A stretch of DNA of 10,668 bases, taken from positions 1 through 10,668 of the forward strand of contig CAVZRV010000002.1 in the NCBI GenBank assembly GCA_963777605.1, read 5' to 3'. This stretch comes from an uncultured Acidobacteriota bacterium. GTDB lineage: Bacteria > Acidobacteriota > UBA6911 > RPQK01 > JAPXNP01. Below are positions 7,105 to 10,668 of this stretch, one piece after another (the stretch's first letter is position 1; every line of letters begins with the position of its first letter). The notes below the pieces were generated by a model. That model saw only the letters and a list, made by a program, of their open reading frames with translations, searched no databases and was not told the DNA's origin. Made by a program: the position numbers and the translations under genes.

Positions 7105-7827
7105 ATGGCTGATCAGCCACAAGGATGCGCTCGGATCACTGGAACTGTGACAGGCGAGAAGCACGAGAAGGAACAAGCAGTCGAGCAAAGTGCCTCGAAG
7201 GAGGAAATCATGGCCGTCCGTGTTGGGCAAAAAGCCCCCGACTTTACCGCCCCCGCTTACCTCAAGGGCGGATTTACCAATGTGAAACTTTCCGATCACC
7301 TGGGGAAATGGGTTCTGCTCTGTTTCTACCCTGGTGACTTCACCTTCGTCTGAGCGACCGAAGTGTCGGCGGTCGCCGACAAATACGACGTGCTGCAGGG
7401 CATGGGTGTTGAAGTCATTTCGGTCAGCGTGGACAGTCATTTCGTACACAAGATGTGGAACGACCACGAACTGGTTAAGATGGTGGACGGAGGCGTCCCC
7501 TTCGCCATGGCATCGGACCAGGCGGGCAACGTGGGCAAGGCCTACGGAGTCTTTGATGAAAACCAGGGGATCGAGCTTCGCGGACGGTTCATCATTGATC
7601 CGGATGGAGTCGTCCAGGCGATGGAAGTCCTGACTCCCCCGGTGGGCCGCAGGCTTGCGGAAACCGTGCGCCAGATCCAGGCGTTTCAACATGTCCGGGC
7701 CACCAAGGGAGCCGAGGCAACCCCGGCCGGATGGGAGCCGGGCGACATTACGCTCAAGCCGGGCCCCGACCTGGTTGGAAAGGTCTGGGAGGTCTGGAGT
7801 CCATCGATGGAAAGCGCAAAGAAATAG
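7105..7827 (+). CDS. prxU: Selenocysteine-containing peroxiredoxin (PrxU, AhpC/Prx1-like), 240 aa; TGA 7351-7353 = Sec
   Basis: ORFs 7102-7353 and 7363-7827 are in the same frame and separated only by TGA. The joined sequence reads [13 protein letters not shown]...[26 protein letters not shown]...[11 protein letters not shown]...[11 protein letters not shown]...PAGWEPG. TGA falls exactly at the peroxidatic Cys of the PxxxTxxC motif, and a SECIS-like hairpin follows. ATG7105 is preferred over 7102 because of its 5-nt SD spacing. Confidence 0.95.
7364..7381 (+). promoter_or_regulatory. Bacterial SECIS-like hairpin
   Basis: Perfect 7-bp stem TGTCGGC (7364-7370) / GCCGACA (7375-7381) with a GGTC loop. 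The loop starts with G, with 17 nt between it and the UGA, fitting the general bacterial SECIS model. Confidence 0.8.
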
Positions 7828-7851
7828 ACTTTGCGTCTGTTTGCTGTCAGT

Positions 7852-7882
7852 GAAAAGGGGCTGGCCAACCCGCCCCTTTTTC
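7852..7882. terminator. Intrinsic terminator, probably bidirectional, between convergent prxU and cyclophilin genes
   Basis: AAAAGGGGC (7853-7861) pairs with GCCCCTTTT (7872-7880), with A- and T-tracts on both flanks. Confidence 0.8.
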
Positions 7883-7902
7883 GTCTCGGCCCGAACGCGG
7901 GC

Positions 7903-8583
7903 TCAGTTGATCAGCTTGCAGTCTTTGATGTAATCCATCTCCGGAAACTCCCGGCGCAAGTACTTGTTACCGAGGCGCTGAAGGAGATTGGGCTTGGGCC
8001 CGTCCCCCTTCGGCTGCAATTCCCCATACCCGGTGTAGATTGAATCCATCACTTCCATGCCCTCGGTCACACGGCAGATCGGTGCCAGTCCAAACTGGTC
8101 GAGATCGGCCGAGTTGTCGGCAAGGTTGAAGAACAGCTGCGTCGTGCGGGAATTCGGGGCTTCCTGGGCGAAGGAGAGGGTTCCGCGATCGTTCGAAAGC
8201 TGGGGCTCGTCGTCCCGGATTTTCGCCTCCGACCAGATCTGAGTGACCTCGGGGTTTCCGTGCGTTCCGAACTGGACGATATAGTTCTCGATCGCACGGT
8301 AGAAGGCAACGTCCTGAAAGTAACCGGCCCGGATCAGGTTGTAGAAACGATCGACGCCGTAAGGGGCCCACTCCCGCCTGCAATCGATCGTGAAATCGCC
8401 CTTGGTGGTCTCAAACCGAACCGAGAATTCCGCCGGGGCCTCTGCTTTCATCAGCGCAGGAGAGAGAAGTCCGGGGTTGACTTCGGGTTCGGCGGCCTGA
8501 GGAACCGGTTCAGGGGTTGAGGAACATCCCCAGACAACACACAACACCAACAGAAGCACCAATCCCAGAAGCCGATGACTCAT
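7903..8583 (-). CDS. Cyclophilin-type peptidyl-prolyl cis-trans isomerase, predicted lipoprotein
   Basis: Lipoprotein signal MSHRLLGLVLLLVLCVVWG-C-SS. Cyclophilin motifs FETTKGDF, WAPYGVDRFYNL, FYRAIENYIVQFG, RGTLSFA, NSRTTQLFFNLADN and EGMEVMDSIYTGYGE. Confidence 0.93.
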   Translation of the reverse strand: MSHRLLGLVLLLVLCVVWGCSSTPEPVPQAAEPEVNPGLLSPALMKAEAPAEFSVRFETTKGDFTIDCRREWAPYGVDRFYNLIRAGYFQDVAFYRAIENYIVQFGTHGNPEVTQIWSEAKIRDDEPQLSNDRGTLSFAQEAPNSRTTQLFFNLADNSADLDQFGLAPICRVTEGMEVMDSIYTGYGELQPKGDGPKPNLLQRLGNKYLRREFPEMDYIKDCKLIN

Positions 8584-9154
8584 GAATCCTTACCCTTCCG
8601 ACAGACTGCCACTTCCGGGGCACCATACGGAAGAGCCGGTCCGCTGATCAGCCTCGTTGTACCACAATCCGGCCGAACCGGTCCCTCTATCGAAGTCCGA
8701 AAACTCCAAACCGCGGCTCAATCATTCAATCGGACGCCGCCCATGCTGCCGCAGGCCGGGGGAAGCACAGTCCCGTCGCCAAGACTCAGCTGAAGCCGGA
8801 TATCCCCGGTCAACTGTCGCCCGGTTCGATCCAATTCGGCGTTTGAATGCCCCTTGGCAATTCCGATCGCCTGGCCATTCAGCTTAGCGAACCGCCACGA
8901 TTCAAGCACGAAGCCTCCCTCTTGAAGCCTTATCTGGATGAACTGGAAAATTTGAAGGAGTTGGCCCCGTCCGATGTGAGATTGAGGCTGCGAAATCGGG
9001 TCCGCAGAGGGTTTGCGCCGTTGGCGCGGTGGTCTGGCGGTAGCCCCACAGTTTCATACTTTGAACGGTCTTCGCACAGCGCGGAGGGCCGGGGCTGATC
9101 AGGCAACCGGCGCTGTCCCTGCCGACTGATGGCTTCCTTGATGTGAGCCCATCC

Positions 9155-9163
9155 TGCTACAGT
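9155..9163 (+). promoter_or_regulatory. Possible extended -10 element upstream of the aldo/keto reductase
   Basis: TGcTACAGT (TGn plus a 4/6 -10 match) about 75 nt upstream of ATG9238. No convincing -35. Confidence 0.3.
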
Positions 9164-9181
9164 GAGGAAACAGTTGAGGAT

Positions 9182-9194
9182 GGGGACACTCCCC
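9182..9194. repeat. Single copy of the GGGGACAC motif
   Basis: GGGGA-CAC-TCCCC mini-palindrome. 9183-9194 is the exact reverse complement of ggggagtgtccc at 2461-2472. Confidence 0.5.
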
Positions 9195-9237
9195 TGGCCC
9201 GTTGGAAATCTCTTTCGGCAATGAAACGGAGAGAATA

Positions 9238-10152
9238 ATGGATCGACGAAAATTCCTTCAGTTTTCAGTGTTCGCTGCCGGCACCGGACTCAAGTGCCTT
9301 GCGCAGACGCCGATGCCCGTGGCGACTCTGGGACGCACCGGCCTTCGGGTCTCGCGATTCACCGTTGGCGGCTACCACATGGCGGTCCATGGCGACGCCG
9401 AAGGTGTGCGGATCATCCATCGAGCCATCGAACTGGGAGTCAACCTGTTCGACTCGGCCCACCACTACAACGATGGGCGCAGCGACGAAATTTACGGAAA
9501 AGCCCTGGCCGGATCGCGTCGCCAGAAGGTCTACCTCATGTCCAAGGCTGAGCGGCGCGACGCCAGGACCGCGCTGCGTCAACTCGAAGACACCCTTCGA
9601 CGAATGCAGACCGACTACCTTGACCTTTGGCAATGCCACCAGGTCAGCGAGATGGAGGAGGTGGACCAGATCCTGGCTCCTGGAGGTGCCCTGGAGGCGT
9701 TCGAGGCTGCCAAGAAAGATGGAAAGGTCCGTCACATCGGGTTCACCGGCCACCGGGATCCCGCGGTACACCTTCGCCTGCTGAACGCCTACGAAGGATG
9801 GGAGACCGTTCAGCACCCGGTCAACTTGATCGACCCCCATTACCTGAGCTTCACGAAGACCGTTTTACCCAAGGTGCGGGAAAAGGGACTCGGCCTGCTC
9901 GCGATGAAGTCCAATGCCATGGGGGGGATTTCAAAAGCCGGGATTGCCACGATCGAAGAATGCCTCAGGTTCACCTTGAGCCAGGATATCGACACAATGG
10001 TCAGCGGAGTGGAAACCGTCGAACAGCTGGAGCAAAACGTGCTGCTCTGCAAAACGATGGAGCCGATGACCGAAGATGAGCAGCGCCACATCCTGGCGAG
10101 AACGGCCCGAGGCCAGATCGGGGCGAAAATAGAGAACTACAAGCGAAGCTAG
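9238..10152 (+). CDS. Aldo/keto reductase family oxidoreductase with twin-arginine (Tat)-like N-terminus
   Basis: SD GGAGAG precedes ATG9238, followed by MDRRKFLQFSVFAAGTG. AKR motifs are LGRTGLRVS, GVNLFDSAHHY (Asp/Tyr), MSK (Lys), LEDTLRRMQTDYLDLWQCH (His) and GKVRHIGFTGH. Confidence 0.93.
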   Translation: MDRRKFLQFSVFAAGTGLKCLAQTPMPVATLGRTGLRVSRFTVGGYHMAVHGDAEGVRIIHRAIELGVNLFDSAHHYNDGRSDEIYGKALAGSRRQKVYLMSKAERRDARTALRQLEDTLRRMQTDYLDLWQCHQVSEMEEVDQILAPGGALEAFEAAKKDGKVRHIGFTGHRDPAVHLRLLNAYEGWETVQHPVNLIDPHYLSFTKTVLPKVREKGLGLLAMKSNAMGGISKAGIATIEECLRFTLSQDIDTMVSGVETVEQLEQNVLLCKTMEPMTEDEQRHILARTARGQIGAKIENYKRS

Positions 10153-10219
10153 TTTCCAAAGTCTCGGTGCCTATCGGCGGAGCCCGGAACAACACTTTAC
10201 AGCAAATCTTCGGCCTTCC

Positions 10220-10668
10220 TTACAGCTCTGTTCCCTGCTCCTGTTCGAGAACCTGCCTCACCTTTTCCGCCAGGGCCTGGGTCGAGAAAGGCTTCTGGAT
10301 AAACGCAAGGCCGTCGTCGAGAATTCCTCTTTTGGAGACCCGGTCCTGGGTGTAGCCAGACATGTAGAGGACGCGGATTCGGGGGTACTGCCGGAGAACT
10401 TCCTGGTAAATCTCGGTTCCGCCCAGGCCAGGCAAAACCACGTCCGTAAGCAGGAGGTCCACCGACCCCTCGTGGCGAGCCAACATCTCAAGGCATTGGG
10501 TACCGTCTTCCGCTTCGAGCACCGAATACCCGCGACGGCGCAGGATGGTGGCCGCCAGTTCGCGGACCTGTTTTTCGTCCTCAACGATCATGATGGTTTC
10601 ATTGCCGCCAAGATCGGTCGGCACATCGGTCGAGCGTTCTCCTCCAGTTTCGGGCATATCGACCGCGG
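10220..10668 (-). CDS. C-terminal receiver domain of a hybrid sensor histidine kinase (CckA-like architecture), 5' part outside the window
   Basis: GGNETIMIVEDE...GYSVLEA...DLLLTDVVLP (phospho-Asp)...LYMSGY...FIQKPF. The frame stays open to the window edge (…AVD-MPET…), and the 'GxETILxVEDE' linker is typical of hybrid kinases. Confidence 0.88.
   Translation of the reverse strand, partial: AVDMPETGGERSTDVPTDLGGNETIMIVEDEKQVRELAATILRRRGYSVLEAEDGTQCLEMLARHEGSVDLLLTDVVLPGLGGTEIYQEVLRQYPRIRVLYMSGYTQDRVSKRGILDDGLAFIQKPFSTQALAEKVRQVLEQEQGTEL

Noticed and set aside
3070-7692. Long antisense or alternative-frame ORFs (e.g. 3070-3957 -, 5298-6359 +, 4155-4826 -, 7060-7692 -, also 848-1513 -, 2640-3305 +, 9265-9840 -)
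   Set aside because: They overlap well-supported genes, lack recognisable motifs and are expected shadows in GC-rich coding DNA.
7102-7827. Two separate genes or a nonsense pseudogene (7102-7353 and 7363-7827)
   Set aside because: The stop coincides exactly with the catalytic Cys position and is followed by a SECIS-like hairpin; promoter, SD and terminator are intact.
8847-9098. 83-aa plus-strand ORF
   Set aside because: No SD, no recognisable family, and it overlaps the alternative minus-strand candidate; unsupported.

Overview
GC-rich bacterial window, probably from Acidobacteriota (inferred from protein families, not proven). The clearest hidden feature is a selenocysteine peroxiredoxin (PrxU/AhpC-like, 7105-7827). 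The ORF track splits it at an in-frame TGA (7351-7353) in the motif PGDFTFV-U-ATE, and a bacterial SECIS-like hairpin follows. The gene has its own sigma70-like promoter and terminator. It also has two identical AAGGAGG-N5-ATG initiation sites, predicting a long isoform with an N-terminal Cys (GCAR) and a short one without it, while the canonical resolving Cys is replaced by Thr. Two convergent paralogous secreted proteins (NxxGxxAF repeats plus a C-terminal 'FPQFxxG' domain) are broken by three frameshifts and flank a DUF2254 membrane-protein gene. A signal-peptide mini-gene carries only the first and last parts of that C-terminal domain. An intergenic patch holds GGGACAS-anchored motifs followed by short tandem duplications. 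The right part encodes a lipoprotein cyclophilin, a Tat-signal aldo/keto reductase and the receiver end of a hybrid histidine kinase.
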